Shown here one piece after another: positions 28,015 to 38,032 of a DNA stretch of 64,000 bases. The notes beneath the pieces are model-generated. The model was not told where the DNA came from and made no database searches. It saw nothing but the letters and a program-made list of their open reading frames with translations. Positions within the stretch are counted from its first letter, which is position 1, and the number at the start of each line of letters is the position of its first letter. The translations under genes were made by a program, and so were the position numbers. The stretch is from Methanobacteriota archaeon (GTDB taxonomy: Archaea > Thermoplasmatota > Thermoplasmata > SG8-5 > JAGLSY01). The stretch lies in assembly GCA_020697715.1 (NCBI GenBank), contig JAEHCO010000005.1, positions 55,304-119,303 on the forward strand, written 5' to 3'.

Positions 28015-28382
28015 AGATAGTTATCGCGGACTCAAACGCCCTTCTCATGCCTTTTAAGAATTCTATCAATATCGATTCCGAGCTGGCAGGCATTTTAGGT
28101 AGCTACAAGATCATGGTCCCCGCTCCGATAATCGGGGAGCTTAAGAAATTGAGTGATAAGATCCCAGAGGCAAAGATCGCATTGAAGCTGGCCATGACGA
28201 AGGAGCTGGTGGAGACTGAAACAATGGGCGATGCTTCGGTGATAGAGGCCGCTGTCAAGATGGATGGGATAGTCCTGACGAATGATAGAGAGCTCATTGG
28301 CATTGCCTTGAAGCAGAGAATTCCGGTCATCAGGATGATGGGAAAGAAGAGACTGGTTCTCACAGATCACAAGAATCGATAG
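28011..28382 (+). CDS. PIN-domain ribonuclease (Fcf1/Utp24-like)
   Basis: [19 protein letters not shown] and [11 protein letters not shown] 28011 overlaps the eif2g stop; conserved archaeal context. Confidence 0.88.
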   Translation: MKIVIADSNALLMPFKNSINIDSELAGILGSYKIMVPAPIIGELKKLSDKIPEAKIALKLAMTKELVETETMGDASVIEAAVKMDGIVLTNDRELIGIALKQRIPVIRMMGKKRLVLTDHKNR

Positions 28383-28489
28383 TGCGTGATCGCATATCAT
28401 CCGTACACCATGAATTGACAATATTGCAGTGCACACACTTTGATATTTTGAAGCAAAGTGTTTTTATGAGATATGTATAACCATCTCGC

Positions 28490-29140
28490 ATGAACTGGGA
28501 AATCGAGATATTGAAGATACTGGGCCTCAGGGGCGCCCTAAATGGCTTCATAACCGTCACATCCAGTGAGCTGGCTGAAGACCTTGGTACCAGCCAGCAG
28601 ACCGCCTCCAATCGTATTCTATCACTTCTCAAGAATGGAAGTATAGAAAGAAAAATGGGCACGAGGCATCAGAGGATCAAGATCACTGCCAGAGGTAAAG
28701 ACATGCTCTGCAAGGAATATGCAGATTACATGGCCATGTTCAAACCAGTGGAGAAGATCATCATGAAAGGAACTGTATCTGCGGGATTGGGAGAAGGACA
28801 ATATTATGTCGCCCAGTATGCGGATCAGTTCAAGACCAGTCTGGGGTTCAAACCATTTGAGGGAACTCTGAACCTTACAGTGGATGAGGAAAATGCGCAG
28901 AAACTGAGCCATGTTCCCAGATCCGCAATTATCGAGATCAAGAGCTTCAAGGCAGATGGCCGGAGCTTTGGGAAAGTATCCTGCATACCTGCGAGGATCA
29001 GGGATGTGCAATGCGCCATCGTGATACCAAAACGATCACATCATATCAATGTGATCGAGGTACTGGCCCAGTACCATCTTAGAAAGAATCTGAAGATCGA
29101 AGAGGGAGAAGACCTTGAGATCATCATAGATATTGAGTAA
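28490..29140 (+). CDS. ribK: HTH-fused CTP-dependent riboflavin kinase (RbkR type)
   Basis: N-terminal wHTH (ELAEDLGTSQQTASNRI), GLGEGQYY, FEGTLNL and GRSFG. Confidence 0.92.
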   Translation: MNWEIEILKILGLRGALNGFITVTSSELAEDLGTSQQTASNRILSLLKNGSIERKMGTRHQRIKITARGKDMLCKEYADYMAMFKPVEKIIMKGTVSAGLGEGQYYVAQYADQFKTSLGFKPFEGTLNLTVDEENAQKLSHVPRSAIIEIKSFKADGRSFGKVSCIPARIRDVQCAIVIPKRSHHINVIEVLAQYHLRKNLKIEEGEDLEIIIDIE

Positions 29141-29193
29141 GATGGCAATATATTAAGTATGGATATCAAATTAATGCTATACAGAGTGGTTCG

Positions 29194-30093
29194 ATGATAG
29201 ATATATTACTGGTATGGGGGATCATAATAGCTTCCCTATTGTACGTGGCCTGGAAAAAGGCTTACATGAGCCAGATATTAATTATTGCCAATTTCATCAT
29301 ATTCATCTACTACATCATACTGGATCAGACCGATATCGTAAGAGCTTACTACATGGTGGATGATCTCACTTTCGTGCCTGCCAGATTGGGAGATCTAGAA
29401 CACGCGCACACGCTCATAACATCGATGTTCATGCACGCCAATGGCTTCCATATTCTGGGAAATTGTCTTTTCCTCTACCTGCTGGGTATGCCACTGGAGG
29501 AAAGGATCGGAACAAAGAGATGGACGATCCTGTATTTCTCGACCGGGATAGTCGCCACTTTCAGCTTCTACATGCTCAATATGGATTCGACTGGCCATCT
29601 TCTGGGGGCATCTGGAGCCATCTTCGGCATTGCTGGCTCCCTGCTCATACTCTATCCCAAAGACAAGGTGCTGCTTCCCATACCACTCTTCTTCATCATG
29701 CTTTTCAGAAGAGTGAGGGTTTGGATAGCTGTTGGTCTTTTGTTCGTTATAGAGACCATAATGGTCGTGATATCCAGCCAGGACGGAGTGGCGCATATCG
29801 CTCATGTTGGTGGTCTGATAGCTGGTATATTCCTGGCCCCGATGATATTCGAAAGAACAAGAACAGAATCAGAAAAAGATATCGACCTATCCAGCCTCAA
29901 GGAAATTGCCACCACACAGAAGGAATTGGAAATACTGGATAAGATCGAGACCGAGGATGTTGAGGATATCAGAAAGGTGTGGGTGGACGAGTTCTTCAAG
30001 GTAGCCACTTGCCCGGATTGCTCCCGACCACTTGAGAAAGTTTCTGGGAAGATCAAGTGCGAGTGCGGACGGGAATTCAAGGTGCTGAAATAG
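29194..30093 (+). CDS. Rhomboid intramembrane serine protease with C-terminal zinc ribbon
   Basis: TSMFMH..HILGN, GASGAIFG and AHIAHVGG; C-terminal CPDC...CECG. Confidence 0.92.
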   Translation: MIDILLVWGIIIASLLYVAWKKAYMSQILIIANFIIFIYYIILDQTDIVRAYYMVDDLTFVPARLGDLEHAHTLITSMFMHANGFHILGNCLFLYLLGMPLEERIGTKRWTILYFSTGIVATFSFYMLNMDSTGHLLGASGAIFGIAGSLLILYPKDKVLLPIPLFFIMLFRRVRVWIAVGLLFVIETIMVVISSQDGVAHIAHVGGLIAGIFLAPMIFERTRTESEKDIDLSSLKEIATTQKELEILDKIETEDVEDIRKVWVDEFFKVATCPDCSRPLEKVSGKIKCECGREFKVLK

Positions 30094-30105
30094 ATTATTT
30101 CAGGT

Positions 30106-30762
30106 TTATTTCTCACCCTTCGCCTTCTCAATAATATCCTCAAATTTCTTAACACTGGCCTCAATATCATCAGTGGCAACTGTCGCACTGATGGCGCAGA
30201 CAGAATCCGCACCCGCTTTCACAACACTTTCCAGATTATCCAGGTTAATACCCCCGATCGCTATAACTGGTAGATCGGTGGCCTTTCTGAACTCCGTGAT
30301 GCCGGCCAACCCAAGAGGCTGGCCAATATCCGCCTTTGTTTTTGTGAAGAAGACCGGGCTCACCGCGATATAGTCCGCGCCCTTTTCTTCAGCTTCTGAG
30401 ACATCGGCCAGTGTGCTGCAGGATATGCCAATTATGCCATTCGGGAAAATGCGCCTCGCTTCCTCCAGGGGCATGTCCGATTGCCCAAGATGAACACCAT
30501 CGGCATCCACATCCAGGGCGATCTCCACGCTATTGTTTATCAGAAGATGAACACCAGCTTTTTTACACATGTTGATAAGTATCCTTGCCTCGGCCATCAT
30601 TTCTGTTTTGGATCGGTTCTTTTCCCGATACTGGATGACCCTGGCTCCGCCCATTATCGCATCATGCACGTCCTTCATGCAATCCTGCTTTGTGAGATTG
30701 GAATCTGTGATGAAATAGAAGTTCCAGTTTATTTCATTATCACTTTTACTCGACATCCGCAT
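30106..30762 (-). CDS. thiE: Thiamine-phosphate synthase
   Basis: IQYREK, DGVHLGQSD, SPVFFTKTK and AIGGI. Start may be the second Met (30756). Confidence 0.95.
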   Translation of the reverse strand: MRMSSKSDNEINWNFYFITDSNLTKQDCMKDVHDAIMGGARVIQYREKNRSKTEMMAEARILINMCKKAGVHLLINNSVEIALDVDADGVHLGQSDMPLEEARRIFPNGIIGISCSTLADVSEAEEKGADYIAVSPVFFTKTKADIGQPLGLAGITEFRKATDLPVIAIGGINLDNLESVVKAGADSVCAISATVATDDIEASVKKFEDIIEKAKGEK

Positions 30763-31555
30763 TCGCTCCTTTGCGGATGTCCTCTGGACCGATATTCATA
30801 ATGCTGTCGAACATGTGCATCTTCATAGTGCCTGGCCCACTTGCCTTTTCAGCTGCCATCTCGCCCGCGATGCCGTATACGACCATCGCGTTTGCGGCTG
30901 ATTGAGTAGGGTTATCACTGATAGCGACGAAAGCTCCGATCACTGAAGCGGCCATGCAGCCAGTCCCAACAACCTCGCCCATCCTGGCATGTCCATTCCT
31001 GATCTTGAACACCCTTCTGCCATCGGTGATGATATCTTCTACACCTGTAACGACCACGGTGCAACCAGCATTGTCGGCCAGTGACTTCGCATGAGATACC
31101 ACGTCCCCATCATGGGAGATCGACTCAACTCCACGAACCTCGGCCTGAGCTCCGGCCAATGTAGCTATCTCGCCCGCATTGCCCTTTATCACGGTAATCT
31201 GGACTTGATCCAGTATCTTCCGCGTGCTCTCGGTTCGAAGTGTTGTGGCTCCGGCTCCGACAGCATCCAATATGACTGGCTTGTGAAGGCTATTGGCCTT
31301 TTTACCAGCCTGGATCATGGCGTGTATCAGCTCGGGAGTGAGTGTTCCGATGTTCAGAACGAGGGAATTGGCTATACCTACCATTTCCTCCACTTCATCT
31401 TCCGCATGTGCCATGACGGGGTAAGCGCCCAGACTTCGGGTCATGCTCGCGCACTCGGATATCGTCACCCAGTTGGTTATGTGATGTACCAACGGAGGTA
31501 CCTCTCTCAGAAATTCCAGATCACTTACTGCGGATTCTACTTTGAAATTTGTCAT
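30746..31555 (-). CDS. thiM: Hydroxyethylthiazole kinase
   Basis: PLVHHITNWV, NIGTL, ILDAVGAGAT, IKGNAGEI and GTGCM. Confidence 0.95.
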   Translation of the reverse strand: MTNFKVESAVSDLEFLREVPPLVHHITNWVTISECASMTRSLGAYPVMAHAEDEVEEMVGIANSLVLNIGTLTPELIHAMIQAGKKANSLHKPVILDAVGAGATTLRTESTRKILDQVQITVIKGNAGEIATLAGAQAEVRGVESISHDGDVVSHAKSLADNAGCTVVVTGVEDIITDGRRVFKIRNGHARMGEVVGTGCMAASVIGAFVAISDNPTQSAANAMVVYGIAGEMAAEKASGPGTMKMHMFDSIMNIGPEDIRKGANADVE

Positions 31556-31569
31556 TCATATCACCTATT

Positions 31570-31597
31570 GGGTTCACCTATCAGAATTGGTGAACCC
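31570..31597 (-). promoter_or_regulatory. Inverted repeat next to the thiM ribosome-binding site
   Basis: GGGTTCACC-N10-GGTGAACCC, lying 4 nt upstream of the GGTGA RBS (31565-31561). Confidence 0.45.
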
Positions 31598-31679
31598 TGT
31601 ATGTGGCGGTGAATCTGACCATGGCTAATAAATGTTGTCAGTTAACAATGAATAAGACCATTTGGAATACATGGATGGA

Positions 31680-34646
31680 TCAGTCGACCTTGACCAGCCA
31701 GACCTTGAGCATGCGCTTGTCGATCGTCCATTCCTTGAAGGCCCCATCTGGTAGCTCGCCAATGACCATCTCATCGGCCAATATCTCGCGGCCGATGTAG
31801 TCCTTGTTCTGTTCGATGGCATTCACCATCTCGTCATCGCCATCGAAGCCGATCTTTATACGCTGGTCGTACTGGAGGTCCTCGTCCTTCCTGAGGCTCT
31901 GTATTCTGCGGACGACATCTCTAGCAATTCCCTCGCTTGCCAGTTCCGGTGTGAGCTCCATATCGATGAAGACCTTGAAGCCCTGGCCCTCTGCGATCGC
32001 CGCATTTGCCATATCTGGATCTGTGGCGGAGAATTCCATGGATTTGACATTTAATTCCTCTTGTACCAGGGGAATTAACTCATCATACAATTGCTCGCCT
32101 TCCATGACGACGACAGCCTTCGAAAGTGGTTGTCGTAGCTTGGATCCAGATGTCTGTCTCGCATTTCTGCCGGTCTCGGACATCTTCCTGGAAAGGGTCA
32201 TCATCCTTTCCAGTTCCATGTCGATAAGACTTTTATCGGATTCGGGATATGATGTCAGATGTACACTGGTTGGGGCATCCTTATCAATGCCAACTACCAA
32301 ATTCTGATACATAGCTTCAGCCAGATAAGGGGTGAAGGGAGCCATCATCCTGGCCGTGTCCACCAGCACCCTGTAAAGTGAAGAATATGCGGAATTCTTA
32401 TCCTCATCCACATTCTCTGTCCAGAATCGGCGACGGGAACGGCGTACATACCAGTTGCTCAGATCATCAATGAAATCGAATATCGCTCTAACTGATTTAT
32501 GAAGCTCCATTTTTTGAATTCCGCTTTGTACTGCGGAATTCGCACTCTGCAACCTGGACAATATCCACTTGTCCAGCAGATGCACTGGCTCGCTCTCGTT
32601 CCTTGGATCGAAACCATCCAGATTCGCATTGGAAACATAGAATGAATACACGTTCCATAGTGTATTCATCACCTTGCTATGTGCTTCCTTGAGCGATGCA
32701 TCACTGAACTTCTGGTTGGTCCAGCATGGCGCGGATAGAAGTGCTATTCGTGTAGCATCCGCCCCAGACTTGTCAAATGTCTCATGAGCATCGACCGACG
32801 TGCCCTTGGACTTGGACATCTTCTGCCCGTCATTATTGAGCAGGAGACCCTGTGTCAGGCACTTCTTGTAAGGTGAAGTTCCAAAGGTCGCTGTATTGAC
32901 CGCCAGCAAGGTGTAGAACCATCCACGCGTTTGGTCGATGGCCTCGGTTATGAAGTCCGCTGGATAGGAGGTGTCGAATAGCTCCTTGTTCTCAAATGGA
33001 TAGTGGAATTGTGCGAAAGGAGCGGAGCCTGAATCATACCAGGTGTCTATGACGTATTCCTCTCTCGTCATCCTTTTTCCGCAATCTGGACATGGTATGT
33101 TCAGATCGTCCACCCATGGTCTGTGGGGCTCGAAATCATCGGGAAGATCTCCCGCCATCTTCTTCAATTCCTCAAAGCTCCCGATGCATATCTCCTTGGA
33201 GCAATCGCATCTCCAGACCGGAAGTGGTGTTCCCCAGAACCTGTTCCTGCTCAGAGCCCAATCCTTCAGTTCATCAAGGAAATTACCAAAGCGTCCGTCC
33301 TTGAGATGCTCTGGCTTCCATTCGATCGTCTGATTGTTCGCAACCATCTCATCCCTTAATTGAGACATGCGGATGAACCACGAATCCAATCCGTAATATA
33401 GAAGTGGTGAATCACATCTCCAACAATACGGATAGCTATGAACGTAATTCTCATCCTTATACAATCTATTATTATCATCAAGGTGGACCAATATCTCCAC
33501 ATCCAGGCCCTTCTTTTTAACAAAGCTACCCTGCCATTGTGTGACCAATTCGTTAAACTTTCCTTCCATGTCCACGGTATGCTTGGCCGGCAACCCGATC
33601 TTCATTCCCAGATTGTAATCGTCCTCACCGTACATGACGGCTGTATGAACCACGCCAGTACCTTCTTCGGTGGTTACGAAGTCGGCAGCGACGACTTCGT
33701 AAGCCTTCTTGCCTTCCTCACGGAGGTCCATGAAGTCGAAAAGTGGATGATATTTCCATCCAATCATTTCCTCGCCTTTGATTACACCCAGTAGTTCGTG
33801 ATCACCCTCTATCACCTTCTCGACGAGGTCCATGGCGAGAAGTAGTTTCTCTCCCTTCTGCTCCACTATTGCATAATCGATGTCCTTGCCAACTGCCAGT
33901 GCGACATTGCCCGGTAATGTCCAGGGTGTGGTCGTCCATGCCAGGATGGATGCCTCTGGCCCAAGTTTATCTTGATCATACTCGGATAATTTGAATTTGA
34001 GTGTGGCTGAAAGCTCCTTCACGTCCTTGTAGCCCTGCGCGACTTCATGACTTGACAGTGGCGTCCCGCATCTGGGGCAGTAAGGAACTATGTAATGCCC
34101 TTTCTCCAACAATCCCTTATCATAGATCGTCTTGAGGGACCACCAGACACTCTCGATGTAATTATCATCCATGGTGATATAGGGGTCTTCCATGTCGATC
34201 CAGAAGCCCAATCGTTCTGACATGGCCTTCCATTTCCCCTCATATTTCATGACGGATTTTCTGCAAAGGCGGTTGAACTCCGCTACTCCGAATTCCACTA
34301 CCTGGGTCTTTGATCTCAGACCCAGTTCCTTTTCCACGCCTATCTCGACAGGCAAGCCATGGCAATCCCAACCGCCTTTCCATGGGAACACGTGATATCC
34401 TTTCATCGCGTGGTATCTTAGAAAAACATCTTTGATCGCACGGCCAGCAGAATGCCCAATGTGGGGAATACCATTGGCAGTTGGCGGGCCTTCCAGGAAT
34501 ATGAACTTCTCATTACCCTGGTTCTTGGCGCGCAGCTTACCGAATATGTCATTCGCCTTCCATTGGCTAAGTGTCTCCTCCTCCTGCTTCGGAAAGGAGA
34601 CAAAGGTCGGTACATCAGCAAAGATTTTATCTATTTCAGAACCCAT
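31680..34646 (-). CDS. ileS: Isoleucine--tRNA ligase (archaeal/eukaryote-like type)
   Basis: EGPPTANGIPHIGH, GWDCHGLP, WTTTPWTLP, DWALSRNRFWG, DQTRGWF and KMSKS. Confidence 0.97.
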   Translation of the reverse strand: MGSEIDKIFADVPTFVSFPKQEEETLSQWKANDIFGKLRAKNQGNEKFIFLEGPPTANGIPHIGHSAGRAIKDVFLRYHAMKGYHVFPWKGGWDCHGLPVEIGVEKELGLRSKTQVVEFGVAEFNRLCRKSVMKYEGKWKAMSERLGFWIDMEDPYITMDDNYIESVWWSLKTIYDKGLLEKGHYIVPYCPRCGTPLSSHEVAQGYKDVKELSATLKFKLSEYDQDKLGPEASILAWTTTPWTLPGNVALAVGKDIDYAIVEQKGEKLLLAMDLVEKVIEGDHELLGVIKGEEMIGWKYHPLFDFMDLREEGKKAYEVVAADFVTTEEGTGVVHTAVMYGEDDYNLGMKIGLPAKHTVDMEGKFNELVTQWQGSFVKKKGLDVEILVHLDDNNRLYKDENYVHSYPYCWRCDSPLLYYGLDSWFIRMSQLRDEMVANNQTIEWKPEHLKDGRFGNFLDELKDWALSRNRFWGTPLPVWRCDCSKEICIGSFEELKKMAGDLPDDFEPHRPWVDDLNIPCPDCGKRMTREEYVIDTWYDSGSAPFAQFHYPFENKELFDTSYPADFITEAIDQTRGWFYTLLAVNTATFGTSPYKKCLTQGLLLNNDGQKMSKSKGTSVDAHETFDKSGADATRIALLSAPCWTNQKFSDASLKEAHSKVMNTLWNVYSFYVSNANLDGFDPRNESEPVHLLDKWILSRLQSANSAVQSGIQKMELHKSVRAIFDFIDDLSNWYVRRSRRRFWTENVDEDKNSAYSSLYRVLVDTARMMAPFTPYLAEAMYQNLVVGIDKDAPTSVHLTSYPESDKSLIDMELERMMTLSRKMSETGRNARQTSGSKLRQPLSKAVVVMEGEQLYDELIPLVQEELNVKSMEFSATDPDMANAAIAEGQGFKVFIDMELTPELASEGIARDVVRRIQSLRKDEDLQYDQRIKIGFDGDDEMVNAIEQNKDYIGREILADEMVIGELPDGAFKEWTIDKRMLKVWLVKVD

Positions 34647-34854
34647 GAAAAAAACCTCCAGAAAAGATATCTGGCATGAGCTGGGCGAACGGTCACTTTA
34701 TCTAATTATGATCGTGGCTGAGCTCATTAGTCGTGGTAAGAAGGTACAATATATAGGTTTTTCGTAGAGGCGGAAGTTCAATAATTTCAATAGAGGTTAA
34801 CCTAGACGTTCTGTTGAAGTTCATGTACGATCAATCTACTGGACACCTCGAAGA

Positions 34855-35082
34855 CTAATCCTCGGCTTCTTCAGAAACTAATGGCCTCAGCATTCTGCCA
34901 CTCGATATTCTAGGAGTGGCACTTCCTACTGGCCAGAACATCTCGTCAAAGGCTATACGGTACTCGTCATACAGAATGTCCATTTCATCAAATAATGCAT
35001 ATGGCTTTCCTTCGAACTCCTTTTTCCCCCTCTTTCTAGAAGGGGCATATATTAGATCTCCTGATTCGTCATATATGTCTAT
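34855..35082 (-). pseudogene. 75-codon ORF with ATA start resembling only the N-terminal arm of a small heat-shock protein (not in ORF track)
   Basis: (I)DIYDESGDLIYAPSRKRGKKEFEGKPYALFDEMDILYDEYRIAFDEMFWPVGSATPRISSGRMLRPLVSEEAED*, preceded by RBS-like AAGGGGGTTGA and BRE/TATA GAAAAAGTATTATA (35169-35156). Confidence 0.45.
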
Positions 35083-35262
35083 ATTTCAACCCCCTTTTCC
35101 ACAATTTACAATTCGAATATAAATTGTGTGTAATTAACAATTCTTAGGATATCTATATAATACTTTTTCATGCGATTGAGAAAAGGTTAATTTTTCTTTG
35201 GGTATCTGGGATATCCCATATCGCTTTTATATTCTCTGAAGCGATATCTGGGTTGATAATAG

Positions 35263-36228
35263 ATGATAGGCGAATTATTACTAATGATACTGGGCTTCTT
35301 TTTATTGTGGAAAGGAAGCGATCTGACGGTTGACGCGTCCAAGAATCTGGCAACCAAGTTCGGGATATCCCATGCGGTGATAGGCCTGACCCTGGTGTCT
35401 GTTGGCACCTCCCTTCCCGAGATATTCACCAATGTGTATACCGGCCTCCGGGTCAATGCAGGGGCCGAGGTCAGCGGGATCGCGGTCGGTATGATCCTGG
35501 GCAGCCAGATATCGCAGATCACTTTCATTCTCGGAGCCGCAGCTCTGGTGGGCATCATGTATGCCAGTGAGTTCACTTTCAAGCGCGATGTGCCAATGAT
35601 GTTCGTGGCCATCGCCATGTTCTTCATGGTGGGATTGGATGGCCAAGTAACTCGTGTGGAGGGAGTGATGCTGATCACCATCTACCTTGTTTATTTGTTC
35701 CTGATAAACAAGCAAGACCATGTTGCTGGCAATATCAAAAATGAGATGAAGAACGGAAATCACAAAGAGATCAGCACTAGCAAGCAGGCGGGCATGGCCA
35801 TTGTAGGACTGGTCATTCTCATAATCGGGGGAATATTCGTTGTGGACAATGCGGAGATCCTCGCCGGGGAATTCGGAGTTTCAAACACACTTATCGGTAT
35901 ACTGGTCATCGGGCCAGGAGCTGCATTGCCAGAGCTATCCGTGGCTGTATCCGGCATGAAAAAGGAGGCAGAGGGCATCTCATTGGGCGCGCTTATCGGT
36001 TCCAATATCACAGACCCGCTCCTGTCATTCGGAGCAGGAGTGGTGGTGGCTGGCTATGCCTTTGACCAGAATCTTTTGTGGTTCGACATACCTTACTGGA
36101 CCATGGCAACGGCGATCGCCGTCACCCTAATGTGGCCAGGCAAGAGGATCGGCAGGCTGAAGATCACTGGTGTTATCCTCATTTCACTCTTCCTGGTGTA
36201 CGCGGCTTTGAAGCTGATGATGTTGTGA
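35263..36228 (+). CDS. Calcium/sodium antiporter (YrbG-like, CaCA family)
   Basis: Alpha-repeats GLTLVSVGTSLPE and GPGAALPEL...IGSNI; about 10 TM segments. Confidence 0.92.
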   Translation: MIGELLLMILGFFLLWKGSDLTVDASKNLATKFGISHAVIGLTLVSVGTSLPEIFTNVYTGLRVNAGAEVSGIAVGMILGSQISQITFILGAAALVGIMYASEFTFKRDVPMMFVAIAMFFMVGLDGQVTRVEGVMLITIYLVYLFLINKQDHVAGNIKNEMKNGNHKEISTSKQAGMAIVGLVILIIGGIFVVDNAEILAGEFGVSNTLIGILVIGPGAALPELSVAVSGMKKEAEGISLGALIGSNITDPLLSFGAGVVVAGYAFDQNLLWFDIPYWTMATAIAVTLMWPGKRIGRLKITGVILISLFLVYAALKLMML

Positions 36229-36278
36229 TTTTTGGCTTAAAGCTTTTATAGACAAATCACATTTTGAGGATTGAGATA

Positions 36279-36599
36279 ATGGGATCCGACGAGGCAAAGA
36301 TAGAGAAAAAGAGACTCAAGGCGGAGCAGAAGGCCAAGAAGAAGGCGGCCAAAGCAGAGGAAAAAGAAGATAGCCAGCCTGTAGAATCTGAGAAACAGCA
36401 GGCTGTTGAAAAGCCTGCTGTCATAGAATCTTCTTCAGTTCCTGTACCACAAATACAGCTAGAACCTATACCACAGCCAAAGATAGTAGTCGAGATGCCC
36501 CACGTGCCCTGGTACAAGGATCCTAGATGGATCAGTGCCATCATCGGAGCAGTTAGCTTATCGCTGGCATTGATAAGTATTTTCACGGATTGGCTGTAG
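36279..36599 (+). CDS. Hypothetical tail-anchored protein (charged N-terminus, C-terminal TM)
   Basis: K/E/A-rich start, Pro-rich linker and PWYKDPRW followed by a TM helix. TATA TTTTATA at ~36244. Confidence 0.65.
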   Translation: MGSDEAKIEKKRLKAEQKAKKKAAKAEEKEDSQPVESEKQQAVEKPAVIESSSVPVPQIQLEPIPQPKIVVEMPHVPWYKDPRWISAIIGAVSLSLALISIFTDWL

Positions 36600-36817
36600 T
36601 TTAATAAGGCCAGAAAGAAAAGGATTGAAGTATCTTATAACAGATGTAGCAAAAGGCTATTACCAATATATAGGGCAGAATTCCAGTACTGGAAATACCT
36701 CTTATTTTTTTCCTAGGAACAGTATATTGTGGGGATTGAATATGAACTCCTTTACTAGACATCATATTGAATAATGGTTAATGATTATTTAAAGCATACT
36801 TGGGCTTTCCCTGAAAT

Positions 36818-37969
36818 TTATTCCCGCAATACCTGCCCAGCGATGACCATCTTCTGGACCTCGCTGGTCCCCTCGTATATCTCGGTTATTTTAGCCTCAC
36901 GGTACATCCTTTCTACTGCGTAATCCTTGATGTATCCGTAACCACCGTGTATCTGGACAGCGTCACTGGTGACTTCTCTGGCGATCTTGGAAGCGTACAG
37001 CTTGGCCATCGCGCTTTCTTTGCTGAACCTCGCTCCCTGGTCTTTCAGGTGTGCAGCCCTATAAACGAGATACCTGGCGGCCTCGATCTTTGTCGACATG
37101 TCAGCCAGCATCCACTGGATAGCCTGGAATTTACCAATTGGCCTTCCGAACTGCTCGCGCTCCTTCGCATACTTGATGGACTCTTCCATCGCCCCTTCAG
37201 CAATGCCAAGTGCCTGGGCCGCAATACCTATCCTGCCACCGTCCAGCGTGGTCATTCCGACCTTGAAGCCATCTCCTTCCTTGCCGAGTAGATTTTCCTT
37301 TGGAACTCGGCAATTCTCGAATACAAGCTCGGAAGTCGCGGAAGCCCTGACACCCATCTTGTCCTCCACAGTTCCGTAAGTGTAGCCAGGAGTTCCCTTT
37401 TCAACAATTATCGTGCTCAATCCCTTGGTTCCCTTCGAAGGGTCTGTGGAAACTATAATGATGGCGACATCGGCCTCGCAGCCACTGGTGATGAATATTT
37501 TGTCGCCATTTATGACATAATCATCCCCATCAAGAACGGCCTTTGTTCTAACCGCGCCAGCATCGGAACCCGCGCTTGGTTCTGTAAGCGCGAAGGCACC
37601 CAGTTTCTCACCACGTGCCAGTGGTTTGAGGAATTTCTCTTTCTGCTCGGGTGTCCCGAACTTATAAATTGGATAGCAGCAGACCGAATTATGCACCGCC
37701 ATGATCACACTGGTACTGGCACAAACTTTGGCGATCTCCTCGATAACAATAGCGTAAGAAATGGAATCCACACCAGCTCCACCATATTCCTTCGGAACTG
37801 CCAATCCGAGCATATTGAGCTTGCCCATTTTCTTCAGCACGTCCCATGGAAACTCTCCGCTCATGTCTATATCATGAGCGATTGGCTTGACCTCTTCCTC
37901 GGCAAAGCGCCTGGCCATCGTGCGAACCATTTCCTGTTCCTTAGTAAGATTGAAATCCATTTTATCCAC
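36818..37969 (-). CDS. Acyl-CoA dehydrogenase (butyryl-CoA dehydrogenase-like)
   Basis: [41 protein letters not shown] and IYEGTSEVQ. Confidence 0.95.
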   Translation of the reverse strand: MDKMDFNLTKEQEMVRTMARRFAEEEVKPIAHDIDMSGEFPWDVLKKMGKLNMLGLAVPKEYGGAGVDSISYAIVIEEIAKVCASTSVIMAVHNSVCCYPIYKFGTPEQKEKFLKPLARGEKLGAFALTEPSAGSDAGAVRTKAVLDGDDYVINGDKIFITSGCEADVAIIIVSTDPSKGTKGLSTIIVEKGTPGYTYGTVEDKMGVRASATSELVFENCRVPKENLLGKEGDGFKVGMTTLDGGRIGIAAQALGIAEGAMEESIKYAKEREQFGRPIGKFQAIQWMLADMSTKIEAARYLVYRAAHLKDQGARFSKESAMAKLYASKIAREVTSDAVQIHGGYGYIKDYAVERMYREAKITEIYEGTSEVQKMVIAGQVLRE

Positions 37970-38032
37970 TTCCGCATGCTGTTATTGGACTTGGGAACTT
38001 ATGATTAGATAAATATCTTTTGAGAATCTTAT

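Noticed and set aside
31556-31680. TPP riboswitch upstream of thiM
   Set aside because: The conserved CUGAGA and ACCUGAUC/UAAUGC elements are not visible on the mRNA strand.
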